DNA from: the human T2T-CHM13v2.0 reference genome, Homo sapiens
Assembly: GCF_009914755.1 (NCBI RefSeq)
Contig: NC_060948.1
Strand: one strand, 5' to 3'
DNA: 64,000 nucleotides
Shown here: positions 14,643 to 28,747 of the stretch, in pieces
Layout: each line of letters opens with the position of its first letter
Position numbering within the stretch: position 1 is the stretch's first letter
Notes under the pieces: generated by a model
The model's input: only the letters and a program-made list of their open reading frames with translations
What the model was told of the DNA's origin: nothing
The model's database searches: none
Translations under genes and position numbers: made by a program

Positions 14643-15981
14643 ATTTTGTTTCACAATACGCTTCCATTCCATTTCATTCCATTCCACTCCACTCCACTCC
14701 ATTTCTTTACACTTCTCTCCACCCCACTTCACTCCACTCCACTCAACTACACTCCATTTCATTCCATTGCACTCCAATCCTCTCCAATCCATTCATTTCC
14801 ACTGAATTCCATTCATTTCCATTCCATTGCCCTGCACTCAGACCCACTCTATGCCACTCCACTGCATTACACCCTGCAACAATCCATTTCATTCCCTTCC
14901 ATTCCACGCCAATCCATGCCATTCCATTCCATTCCACTCCATTCCTTTCCACTCCACCCCTTTCCATTCCACTCCACTCCACTCCCTTCCATTGCACTCA
15001 ACTCCATTCCATTCCATTCCATTCCATTCCATTGTATTCCATTCCATTCCATTAAAGTGCACTCAGATCCACTCCACTCGACTCCACTCCACTCCTTTCC
15101 ATTCCATTCCATACATTCCATATCATTCCAATCCATTCCATTCCATGAAATTCCATTCCAATCCACTCCCTTCCATTCCACTCCATCGAACTCCATTCCT
15201 CTCCATTCCACTCCACTGCACTCCTCTCCAATGCACTCCACTCCAATCTACTTTATTCCATTCCATGAAATTCTACTGCACTCCAATCCACTCCACCCAA
15301 CTCTACTCCACTCGAATCCATTCCACTCCATTCCCTTCCGTTTGTTCCATTCGGTTCCTTTCCATTCCACTCGGTTCTGCTCCATTCCACTCCATTACAT
15401 TCCACTCAAATCTTTTCCTCTCCACTCCATTTCACTCCATTCCACTCCACTCCACTGCATTCCACTCCACTCCACTCAACTCCTTCCCATTCAGTCCACT
15501 TCACTCCATTCCATTCCATTCCATTTCTTTTGACTGCACTCCGAAACACTCCACTCAACTCCACTCCACTGCACTCCATTCTATTCCATTCCATTCCATT
15601 CTGTTCTATTATGTTCTATCTCATTCCACTCTGTTTGATTCCACTACACTCCATTCCTATCCTTTCCGTTTCACTCCGTTCCACTCCATACTACTACACT
15701 CCACTGCACTCCACTCCAATATACTCCATTCCATTCCATTGTACTCCCATTCCATTCCATTCCAATTCATTCCACTCCACTCCAATGCACTCCACAGCAT
15801 TCCACTCCACACAATTTCACTCCATCCATTCCACTGAGTTCCATTAATTTTCATTCCACTCTGTTACACTCCTTTCCAATTCATTCCATTCCACTCCACT
15901 ATATTCCACTCCACTCCATTCCCCTCCATTCCATTCCACCCAACACCATTCTAGTCCATTCTATTCCACTCCAATCCATTC

Positions 15982-16045
15982 TTTATTTCGACTGGATCTC
16001 ACTCTTTCACACAGACTGAAGTGCAGTGGCACAATCTTAACTCAC
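15982..16045 (-). mobile_element. AluJ-like fragment, copy 15
   Basis: gatctcactctttcacacagactgaagtgcagtggcacaatc. Confidence 0.85.
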
Positions 16046-17342
16046 ATTACATTTCACCATTCAATTGCATTGCATTCCATTTCATTCCATTCCATTCCAC
16101 TCCACTCCACTCCATTCCATTCCATTCAATTCCATTCCATTGCATTCCATTCCAGAGAACTGCACTCTTCTCCACTCCACTCCATTCCATTCCATTGCAT
16201 TCAACTCCATTTCCATGGACTCCGATCCACTAAACTCATTTCCACTCCAGTCCATTCCACTCTTCTCCTTTCAATTCTATTCCATTCCATTCGTTTCCAT
16301 TCCATTCTATTCTGTTTCATTACATTCAATTGCATTCCATTCCATTCCATTCCATTCCATTCCTTCCTATTCCATTCCAATCCATTCCTTTCCAATTCAC
16401 TCTGTCCTACTCCATTGCATTCCTTTCCACTCCACTACATTCCATTCCATTCCACTGCATTCCATTCCATTCCACACCATTCCATTCTATTCCTTTCCAT
16501 TTTACTCCACTCCTCTGCAATCCACCCAAATCCTCTCCACTCCAAACCATTCTACTCCACTCCACTCCACACCTCTTCTCTCCATTCTTTTCCAATTTAT
16601 TCCATTCCACCTTCTTCCATTCCACTTCACTCCATTCCATTTCATTCAATTCCACTGCACTCCCATCAATTCCACTAAACTCCACGGGACTACAATCCAC
16701 TACACGCCATTTCAGTCCGTTTCTTTCCATTAAATTACATTCCATTGCATTCCACACCACTCCATTCCATTCCACTCCAGTCCACTCCGTTCCACTCCAT
16801 TCCACTCCACTCCACTCATCTCCACTCCATTGGACTCAATTCCATGCCATTCCCGTCCATTCCATTCCACTGCACTCCATTCCACTCCACTCAACTGTTT
16901 TCCACTCCACTCCACTCTACTCTGTTCCATTCCATTCCGTTGCATTCCTATCCGTTCCGTTCCATTCCACTCCACTCCATTTCACTCCCTTGATCTCCAC
17001 TCCACTCGTCTCCACTCCACTTCATTACATTCTATTCGACTACATTTCATTCCACTAAACTCCATTCCATTTCATTCTATTCTGCACCTTTCCATTCCTT
17101 TCCACTCCACTCCATTCCACTCCACACCATTCCACTCCACTCCACTTCACTCAAATCCAATCAATTCCATTCCATTCCTCTGAGTTCCATTAATTTGCAT
17201 TCCACTCCATTACATTCCTCTGCAGTTCAGTCCTTTCCCCTCCACTCCATTCCACTCCACTTCATTCCACTCCACTCCACTCCATTCCCCTCAATTCCAT
17301 TCCAACCCACACCATTCTGCTCCATTCTATTCCATTGCATTC

Positions 17343-17406
17343 ATTAATTTGACTGGATCTCACTAGGTCACCCAGACTGGAGTGCAGCAGCACAATCTCT
17401 GCTCAC
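17343..17406 (-). mobile_element. AluJ-like fragment, copy 16
   Basis: gtcacccagactggagtgcagcagcacaatctctgctcac. Confidence 0.85.
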
Positions 17407-18795
17407 ATTACATTTCACCATTCCATTCCATTCCATTCCATTCCATTCCATTCCATTCCATTCCATTGCATTTAATTCCAGTCAACTCCACTCCACTCCA
17501 TTCCATTCCATTCCATTCAACTCCATTTCCGTGCACTCCTATCCACTGAAATATTTTCCACTCCACTCCATTCCACTCCACTCCTCTCCACTCCAGTACA
17601 TTCCGGTCCATTCTATTCCATTCTGATCCATTCCATTGCATTCCATTCAATTCCTTTCCATTGCCCTCCACTCCATTTCTTTCCACTCCATTCCGCTCCA
17701 CTCCATTCCACTCCATTGCATTCCATTCCTTTCCATTCCAGTGCACTGCATTCCACTCCACTTGATTCCACACCATGGCAAGCCACTCCAATTCCTGACA
17801 TTCTGTGGCGTTCCATTCCATAAATTTCCGTTCAGTTCCTTTCCATTCCACTCCATTCCATTCCTATCCTCTCCATGCTACTGCACTCCCTTAAACTCTA
17901 TTCCACTCCATTCCATTCCACTTCACTCTACTCCACCGCATTCCATTCCGATATATTCCATTCCATTGTGTTCCATTCCATTCCTCTCTCTTGGATTCCA
18001 TTCCATTCCACTCCACTCCATTCCATTCCACCTCTTTCTACTCCAATCCACTCCACCCCAATCCACTCCATTCCATTCCGTTCCTTTCCATTCACTTCCT
18101 TCCCATTTCACTCCTTTCCATTTGTCTCCAATCAATTCCACCCCACACCATTTCATGCCACATTGATCCACTTCCCTCATATTTACAGCATTCCATTCCA
18201 GTCCATTCCATTCCAATCCATTGAAATGCATTTCATTCCATTACATTCAACTCCACTCCATTCCACTCCACTGCGTTTGACTTCATTGCACTCCACTCTT
18301 CTTTCCACTCCCTGCCACTCAACTCCTCTCCACTCCACTCAATTCCATTAAACTCCACTGCATTGCATTCCTCTCCATTCCATTCCATTCCATTCCTCTC
18401 CACTCCACTCCATTCTATTCCACTCCATTCCAATCGACTCCATTCCATTCCACTCCATTCCACTCCACTCCAATCCACTCCACTCCATTCCACTCAAATC
18501 CTTTCCATTCCATTCCATTGCATTCCTTTCCTTTCCATTCCATTCCATTCCATTCATTCCACTGCACTGCGATCCACTCCACTTGACTCCACATCACTGC
18601 TAGCCACTCCACTCCACTCCATTCCATTTCGTGCCATTCTCTTCTGTTCCCTTCCATTCCACTCCATTCCATTCCACTCCACTCTATTCCACTCTACTCC
18701 ATTTCCCACCATTCCCCTCGATTCCACTCACCTCCACTCCACTCCACTGCCCTCCTCTCCACTCCATTCCATTCAGTTCCATTGCATTCCATTCC

Positions 18796-18859
18796 TTTAT
18801 TACGACTGAATATCTCCCTTTTAGGCAGACTGGAGTGCAGTGGCACAGTCTTAGCTCAC
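18796..18859 (-). mobile_element. AluJ-like fragment, copy 17
   Basis: cagactggagtgcagtggcacagtcttagctcac. Confidence 0.8.
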
Positions 18860-21800
18860 ATTTCATTTCACCTTTCTATTCCATTCCATTTCACTCCACT
18901 ACACTCCATTCCATTCCATTCCATTCAATTCCATTCCAGTCCATTCCATTCCTTTCCTCTGCACTCCCAACCACTCCACTCAACTCCAATCCACTCCACT
19001 CCACTCCCTTCCGTTCCGCTCCATTCCGTTTCATTCTCTTCCATTCCATTCCATTCCATTTCATTCCACTCCACTCCATTCCAATCCACTAGATTTCTCT
19101 CCATTCCTCTCCATTCCATTAAGCTTCACTCCATTCCACTCCACTCAATTTCATTCCTCTACATTCCACTACATTCCACTCGATTCCATTCCTCTCCATT
19201 CCACACCATTTCACTCCACTCCATTCCACTCCACTCCACTCCACTCCAGTCCTTTCCCATCCATTCGATTCCATTCTGTTCCATGCCATTGCATTCTGTT
19301 CAGTTCCATTCTATTTCCCTCAACGCCATTCCATTCCACTCCATTCCAATGCACTCCACTCCATTCCACTATACTCCACTCTTCTCCACTACACTCCACT
19401 CCAGTTCATTTCACTCTTCTACACTCCTCTCCTTTCCATTCCATTCTGATCCATTCCACTCCTATCCATTCCACTGCACTCCTTTTCAATCCACTGTGAT
19501 ACACTACCCTCAACTCCACAACATTCGTTTACATTCCATTCCATTCCACTCCATTTCATTTCCACTTCATTCCACTGTACTGAATTGCACTCCACTTCGT
19601 TTCACTCCATTGCACTCCATGCTACTCCATTCTAGTTCTCTTCATTCTATTCCACTCCATTCCATTAAACTCCACTCCATTATATTCCACTCAATTCCAT
19701 TCCATTCCATTCCCTTCCAATCCATTCCATTCCATTCCATTCCATTCCATTCCATTCCATTCCATTCCATTCCATTCCTTTGTCCCATCCAGTCTATTCA
19801 ACTCCACTGCACTGCACTCCACCCCAATCCCCTCCATTGCATACCATTTCATTCCATTCCATACCAATCCATTCCACTCCTATCCATTCCACTCCAGTCC
19901 ATTTCAATCCACTGTGATACACTACCCTCAAATCCACAGCATTCCTCTCCATTCCATTTAATTCCACTCCATTTCATTTCCACTTCATTCCACTCTGCTG
20001 CATTGCACTCCACTCCGTTTCACTCCATTACACTCCATTCTACTCCATTCGAGCCCACTCCACTCTATTCCACTCCATTCCATTAAACTCTACTCCATTA
20101 CATTCCACTCAATTCCATTCCATTCCATTCCATTCCATTTGTCTGCACTCCCATCCACTCTATTCAACTCCAATCCACTCTACTCCACTCCACCCCAATC
20201 CCCTCCATTCCATTCCATTTAATTCCATTCCATTCCACTCCATTCCATTCCACTCCTATCCATTCCTCTCCACTCCATTTCACTCCACTGTTATACTCTA
20301 CCTTCAACTCCCCAGTATTCCATTACATTCTATTCCATTCCTTTCCTTTCTATTAAACTCCTTTCTGCTCCATTTCATTCCACGAAATTCTAATCGGTTC
20401 CATTCCACTCCACTCCCTGTTACTCCATTGCATTCCATTCTACTCCATTCGACTGCACTCCACTCCACTCCTTTCCGTTAAACTCCTCTCCATTCCGTTG
20501 CACTCCATTCCATCCCAGTCCACTCCAATCGACTCCATTCCATTCCACTCCATTCCAATGCACTCCACTCCATTCCACTACACTCCACTCTTCTCCACTC
20601 CACTCCACTCCATTTCATTTCACTCCTCTCCACTCCACTCCTTTCCATTCCATTCTGTTCCTTTCCACTCCTATCCTTTCTACTGCACTCCTTTTCAATC
20701 CATTGTGATACACTACCCTCAACTCCACAACATTCCTTTCCATTCCATGCCATTCCACTCCATTCCACTCCATTTCATTTCCACTTCATCCTACTCCACT
20801 GCATTGCTCTCCACTTCGTTTCACTCCATTGCACTCCATTCTACTCCATTCGAGTCTACTTCATTCTATTCCACTCCATTCCATTAAACTCCACTCCATT
20901 ATATTCCACTCAATTCCATTCCATTCCATTCCCTTCCATTCCATTCCATTCCATTCCATTCCATTCCATTCCATTCCATTCCTCTGTCCCATCCACTCTA
21001 TTCAACTCCACTGCACTCCACTCCACCCCAATCCCCTCCATTCCATTCCATTTCATTCCATTCCATTCCACTCCTATCCATTCCACTCCATTCCATTTCA
21101 CTCCACTGTTATACACTACCATCAAATACCCAGAATTCCATTCCATTCTATTATTTTCCTTTCCGTTCCACTCCTTTCCAATCCATTTCATTCCACTAAA
21201 TTCCAATCCTTACCGTTCCACTCCACTCCGTGTCACTCCTTTGCACTCCATTGTACTCCATTCGACTCCACTCCATTCCACTCCATTCCATTATACTCCA
21301 CTCCATTTCGTTGCACTCCATTCCATTCCAGTACACTCTAATCCACTCCATTCCGTTCCACTCCATTCCAATACACTTCATTCCATTCCACTTCACTCCA
21401 CTCTTCTCCTCTACACTCTACTCTGGTTCATTTCACTCCTCTCCACTATACTCCACTGCTTTCCATTCCATTCCATTCCATTCCATTCCATTCCATTCCA
21501 TTCCACTGCACTATAATCCACTCCACTTGAATCCACAACACTCCACACCACTCCACTCCATTCCATTCCATGCCATTCCTTTCCATACCGTTCCATTCCA
21601 TTTTGTTCCATTCTACTCCATTCGATTCCCCTCCACTCCCTTCAACTCCATTCCATTCCATTCCAGTCCATTCCACTCCACTCCATACCACTCCACTCCA
21701 TTCCACTCCAGTCCGTTCCCGTCCATTGCATTCCATTCTGTTCCATTCCATTGCATTCTGTTCAAATCCATTCCACTCCCCTCCACTCCATTCCATTCCA

Positions 21801-23749
21801 CTCCATTCCACTCCTTTGCACTCCACTCCATTCTACTCCATTCCATTCCATTCCATTTCATTCCATTCCATTACACTCCATTCCACTCCATTCTATTCCA
21901 CTCCATTCCATTCCACTCCTATCCATTCCACTCCATTCCATTCCACTCCTATCCATTCCACTCCACTCCATTCCAATCCACTGTCATACACTACCCATAA
22001 ATCCACAGCTTTCCATTCCATCCATTCAAATCCGCTCCATTCCACTCCATTTCATTTCCACTACATTCCACTTCACTGCATTGCACTCCACTCCGTTTCA
22101 CTCCACTGCACTCCATTCTACTTCATTCGACTCCAGGCCACTCTACTCCTCTCCATTCCATTAAACTCCACTCCATTACATTTCACTCAATTCCATTCCA
22201 TTCCTGTCCATTCCATTCCATTCCAGTCCTCTGAACTCCCATCCACTCTATTCAATTCCACTACACCCCAATCCAATCCATTCCATTCCTTTTCATTAAA
22301 TTCCATTCCACTCCATTCCATTCCACTCCTATCCATTCCACTCCACTCCATTTCACTCCACTGTGATACACTACCCTCATCTCCACAGCATTCCTTTCCA
22401 TTCCATTCCATTCCTTTCTATTCCACTCCATTTCATACCACTAAATTCCAATCTTCTCCATTCCACTCCACTCCGTTTCACTCCATTGCACTCCCTTCTA
22501 CTCCATTTGACTCCACTCCGCTCCATTCCATTAAACTCCACTCCATTCCGTTTCAATCCTTTCCATCCCATTCCATTCCAGTCCACTCCAATCCACTCCA
22601 TTCCATTCCACTACATTCCAATGCACTCCACTCCATTCCACTCCACTCTTCTCCACTACACTCCACTCCAGTTCATTTCACTCCTCTCCACTCCACTCCA
22701 CTCCTTTCCATTCCATTCTGTTCCATTCCATTTGATTCCTTTCCATTCCAATCCATTCCATTCTATTCCATTCCACTGCACTTCAGTCCACACCACTTTA
22801 CGCCACAACACTCCACAGCACTCAACTCCATTCCGTTCCGTGCCGTTTCGTTAAATAGCATTCCATTCCATTTTGTTCCATTCCACTCCCTTCCATTCCA
22901 CTCAACTCCCTTTAACTCCATTCCATTCCATTCCATTCCATTCCATTCCATTCCATTCCATTCCATTCCATTCCACCCCATTCAACTCCACTCCACTCCA
23001 ATCCATTCCATTCCATTCTGTTCCATTGCATTCCATTGCTTTCGATTCCTTCACATTCTACTCCACTGCATTCCATTCCACTTCATTCCACTGCACTCCA
23101 CTCCATCCCAATCCATTCCATTCCATTCCACTCCTTTCCATTCCTCTCAACTCCATTCAAATCCACTCCATTTCACTCCACTCTGATCCACTCCCGTCAA
23201 CTCCACCACATTCCATTCCACTCCATTTCACTCCATTTCATTCCTTTACATTCTACTACACTCCATTCCACTGCAGTCCATTTTACTCCCTTGCACTCCA
23301 TTCTACTCGATTCCACTCCACTCCACTGCATTCCAATCCATTCCATTTAATTCCACTCCTTTCCATTTCCCTCAATTCCATTCCTTTCTATTTCATTCCA
23401 CTCCACTCCACTCCATTCCACTCCATTCCAATCCATTCCCCTCCATTTCACTACATTCCACTCCACAACACTCCAGTCCACTCCACTGTATTCCCTTCCA
23501 TTCCATTCCACTCCACTTCACTCTGATCCACTCCTGTTGACTCCACAACATTCCATGAAACTTCACTGCATACCAATCCCGGCTGTTCTATTCTGTTCTG
23601 TTCCATTCCACTCCATTCAATTCCACTCCACTTTTTATCAATCCACGCCATTTCACTCCATTCCCCTCTATTCCCCTCCTCTCATATCCAATCCACTCCA
23701 CTATACTCCACTCCATTTCATTCCTTTCAGCTCCATTCCATTCCATTCC

Positions 23750-23813
23750 TTTATTTCGAATGAATCTCACTCTGTTACCCAGACTGGAGTGCAGTGTCAC
23801 AATATTAGTTCAC
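23750..23813 (-). mobile_element. AluJ-like fragment, copy 18
   Basis: tctcactctgttacccagactggagtgcagtgtcacaat. Confidence 0.85.
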
Positions 23814-24330
23814 ACTTCATTTCACCTTTCCATTTCATTCCATTCCATTCCATTCCATTCCATTCCATTCCATTCCATTTCATTCCATTCCATTCCATTC
23901 CACTCCATTCCATTCCATTGCACTCCGATCCGATATAGTCCACTCCACTCCACTCCATTCCATTAAAATTCCCTCCATTGCTTTCCATTCCATTTCATTC
24001 CATTCCATTCCAATCCACTCCACTCTATTCTTTTCCACTCCATTCCCCTCCAGTGCTCTCCACTCCACTCAGCTCCTTTACGTTCCATTCTATTCCACTG
24101 CACTCTGTTCCACTCCACTTGGCTCCACACCACTGTCCGTCACTCCACTCCATTCCATTCAATGCCATTCCCTTCCATTCCATTCCATTCTACTCCACTG
24201 CATTCCCGTCCACTCCCTTCCATTCCACTCCACTCCATTTCACTCCATTACCCTCTAATTCATCCCCTCCACCCCATTCCACTGCCCTCCACTCCACTCA
24301 ATTACATTCAGCTCCATTCCATTCCATTCC

Positions 24331-24394
24331 TTTATTACGACCGAATCTCTCCCTTCCACGCAGACTGGAGTGCGGTGGCACAATCTTAGCTCTC
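24331..24394 (-). mobile_element. AluJ-like fragment, copy 19
   Basis: cagactggagtgcggtggcacaatcttagctc. Confidence 0.8.
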
Positions 24395-27300
24395 ATTTCA
24401 TTTCACAATTCCATTCCATTCCATTCCATTCCATTCCATTCCATTCCATTCCATTCCATTCCATTCCTCTGCACTCCCATCCACTCTACTCAACTCCAAT
24501 CCACTCCACTCCATTCCCTTCCATTCTACTCCATTCCGTTTCATTTTCTTCCATTCCATTCCATTCCATTGCATTCCACTCCACTCCATTCCAATCCACT
24601 AGATTTCTCTCCGTTCCTCTCCATTCCATTGAACTTCACTCCATTCCACTCCACTCAATTTCATTCCACTACATTCCACTTCATTCCATTCCACTCCATT
24701 CCTCACCATTCTACTCCACTCCATTCGACTCCACTCCACTCCAGTCCATTCCCATCCATTCTATTCCATTCTGTTCCACTCCATTGCATTCTCTTCAGTT
24801 CCATTCCATTCCCCTCAACTCCATTCCATTCCACTCCATTCTACTCCTCTGCACTCCACTCCACTCTACTCCATTCTATTCCATTCCATTTCATTCCATT
24901 CAATTCCAATCCATTCCACTCCATTCCATTCCACTCCTATCCATTCCACTCCACTCTATTTCAATCCACTGTGATACACTACCCTCAAATCCACAGCATT
25001 CCTTTCCGTTCCATTCCATTCCACTCCATTCCACTCCATTTCATTTCCACTTCATTCGACTCTGCTGCATTTCACTCCACTCCGTTTCACTCCATTACAA
25101 CCCATTCTACTCCATTCGAGTCCACTCCACTCTATTCCACTCCATTCCATTAAAATCCACTCCATTCCATTCCACTTAATTCCATTCGTTTCCATTCCGT
25201 TCCATTCCATTCCATTCCTCTGCATTCCCATCCGCTATATTCAACACCACTCCACTCCACTTCACCCCAATCCCCTCCATTCCATTCCATTTCATTTCCT
25301 TCCATTCCACTCCATTCCACTCCATTCCATTCCACTCCTATCCGTTCCACTCCACTCCATTTCACTCCATTGTTATACACTACTCTCAACTCCCCAGAAT
25401 TCCATTCCATTCTATTCCATTCCTTTCCTTTCCATTCCACTCCATTTCACTCCATTTCATTCCACTAAATTGCAATCCATTCCATTCCACTCCACTCCGT
25501 GTCATTCCGTTGCATTCCATTCTACTCCATTCGACTCTACTCCACTCTACTCCATTCCATTAAACTCCACTCCATTCCATTGCACTCCATTCCATTCCAG
25601 TCCACTCCAATCCACTCCATTCCATTCCACTCATTCCAATGCACTCCACTCCATTCCACTCCACTCCACTCCTCCACTCCACTCCAGTTCATTTAAATCC
25701 TCTCCACTCCACTCCACTCCTTTCCATTCCATTCTCTTCCATTCCATTACATTCAATTCCATACCATACCATTCCATTCCACTGCATTCTAAAATACTCC
25801 ACTTGTCTCCACAACACTCCACGCCACTCCACTCCATTCCATTCCGTGCCATTCCATTTCATACCTTTCCATTCCATTTTGATCCGTTCCAATCCATTCG
25901 ATTCCACTCCACTATATTCTAATCCACTCCTTTTAACTCCATTCCATTCCATTCCAGTCCATTCCTCTCCAATCCATTCCACTCCACTCCATTCCACTCC
26001 TGTCCATTCCCATCCATTCCATTCTGTTGCATTGTGTTCAATTCCATTCCATTCCTCTCCACTCCATTCCATTCCACTACATTCCACTCCTTTGCACTCC
26101 ACTCTACTCCACTCTACTCCATTCCATTCCATTCCATTCCATTCCATTCCAGTCCATTCCACTCCATTCCATTCCACTCCTATCCGTTCCACTCCACTCC
26201 ATTTCAATCCACTGTTATAAGCTACCCTCAAATCCACAGCATTCCATTCTATCCATTGCATTCCACTCCGTTGCACTCCATTTCATTTCTACTACATTCC
26301 ACTCCACTGCATTGCACTCCACTCCGTTTCACTCCATTGCACTCCATTCTACTCCATTCGACTCCACTCCACTCTACTCCTCTCCATTCCATTGAACTCC
26401 TCTCCATTCCATTCCACTCAATTTCATTCCATTCCAGTCCATTCCTCTACACTCCCATCCACTCTATTCAACTCCACTCCACTCCACCGCAATCCAATCC
26501 ATTCCATTCCATTTCATTAAATTCCATTCCACTCCATTCCACTCCATTCCATTCCATTCCACTCCACTCCATTTCACTCCACTGTGATACACTACCCTCA
26601 ACTCCACAGCATTGCTTTCCATTCCATTCCTTTCCTTTCCATTCCACTCCATTCCACTCCACTCCATTCCCATCCACTCCATTCCACTCCAGTCCATTCC
26701 AATCCGTTCCATTCCATTGTATTCCATTCCATTCCGTTCGATTCCATTCCATTATATTCCACTCCATTCCATTCCACTCCACTCCACTCCAATCCATTCC
26801 ATTCCATTCCACTCCTTTCCATTCCTCGCAACTCCATTCAACTCCACTCCATTTCACTCCACTCTGATCCACTCCCATCAACTCCACCACATTGCCTTTC
26901 AGTCCATTACATTCCACTCCATTCCACTCCATTTCATTCCTTTTTATTCTACTACACTCCATTCCACTCCAGTCCATTTCACTCCATTGCACTCCATTCT
27001 ACTCAATTCCACAGCACTCCACTGCATTCCAATCCATTCCATTTAATTCCACTCCTTTCCATTCCCCTCAGTTCCATTTCTTTCCATTTCCTTCCACTCC
27101 ATTCCACTCCACTCCACTTCACTCCATTCCATTCAATTCCCCTCCATTTCACCCCGTTCCACTCCATAACACTCCACTCTACTCCAACTTATTGCATTCT
27201 ATTCAATTCCTCTCCACTTCACTCTGATCTGCTCCTCTTGACTCCACAACACTCCAAGCCACTCCACTCCATACCATTCCCTGCCGTTGCATTCTGTTCT

Positions 27301-27451
27301 GTTCCATTCCACTCCATTCAATTCCAGTCCACTTTTTTATCACTCCACGCCATTTCACTCCATTCCCCTCGATTCCACTCCTCTCTAATCCACTCCAGTC
27401 CACTATACTCCACTCTATTTTATTCCTTTCAGCTGCATTTCATTCCATTCC

Positions 27452-27515
27452 TTTATTTCGAATGAATCTTACTCTGTCATCCAGACTGGAGTGCAGTGGC
27501 ACAATCTTAGCTCAC
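27452..27515 (-). mobile_element. AluJ-like fragment, copy 20
   Basis: actctgtcatccagactggagtgcagtggcacaatcttagctcac. Confidence 0.85.
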
Positions 27516-28683
27516 GTTTCATTTCACCTTTCCATTCCATTCCATTCCTTTCCATTCCATTCCATTCCATTCCCTTCCATTCCATTCCATTCCATTCCAT
27601 TCCATTCCATTCCCTTCCATTCCATTCCATTCCATTCCATTATATTCCATTCCTTTCCACTCCATTCCATTCAATTCCTTTCCATTCCATTCCTTTACTT
27701 TCCATTGCACTGCACTCCGATCCAATCCACTTCACTCCACACCACTCCACGCCAATCCACTTCCTTCTGTTCCGTGCCATTTCGTTCCATAACCTTCCGT
27801 TCCGTTCCGTTCCATTTCACGCCATTCCATTCCACTCCATTCCATTCTACTCCACTGCCTTAAACTCCATTACAATCCATTCCACTCCACTCCTTTCGAC
27901 ACCACTCCACTTCAGTCCGTTCAGATCCGTTCCACTCCATTCTGTTCCATTCCAGTCCATTCCATTCCATTCCACTCCATTCCACTCCTTTCCACTCCAC
28001 TTCACTTCACTCAATTCCATTTGATTACAACCCATTCTATTCCATTTTACTCCATTCCACTCCATTCGATTCCTCTCTTCTCCATTCCACTCAACTCCAT
28101 TTCATTCCAATTTTATCCACTCCCTTCAAATACACAGTATTCCCTTCCCTTCCATTCCATTTCATTCCACTCCATTCCACTCGATTTCACTTCATTACCT
28201 TCCACCCCACTCCTTTCCACACCACTCCATTTTTCTCCATTGCACTCCTTTCTTCTCCATTCCACTGCACTCCAATCCACTCCACTCCATTCAGTTAAAT
28301 TCCATTCCACTCCACTCCACTTCATTTCATTCCACTACATTCCACGCTACTACACTCAATTCCATTTGATTCCACTCCACTGGACTCCACTCATCTCCTT
28401 TCCATTCCATTCCATTCCATTCCATTCCGTTCCATTCTATTACATTCCATTCCACTGCACTCCGATGCACTCCACTTGACTCCACACCACTCCACCCCAC
28501 TCCACTGCAGTGCGTTCCACGCATTTCTGTTCCATTCCTTTCCATTCCACTCCATTTCATTCCACTCCACTCCATTCCACTCCACTCCATTTCACTCGTT
28601 TCCCGTCGATTCCACTACTGTCTACTCCACTCCGCTGCAAACCACTCCACTCCATTCCATTCAGTTCCATTCTATTCCATTTC

Positions 28684-28747
28684 TTAATTTCGACTGAATC
28701 TGACTCTGTCACCCAGACTGGAGTGCAGTGGCACAATCTTAGCTCAC
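28684..28747 (-). mobile_element. AluJ-like fragment, copy 21
   Basis: actctgtcacccagactggagtgcagtggcacaatcttagctcac. Confidence 0.88.
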
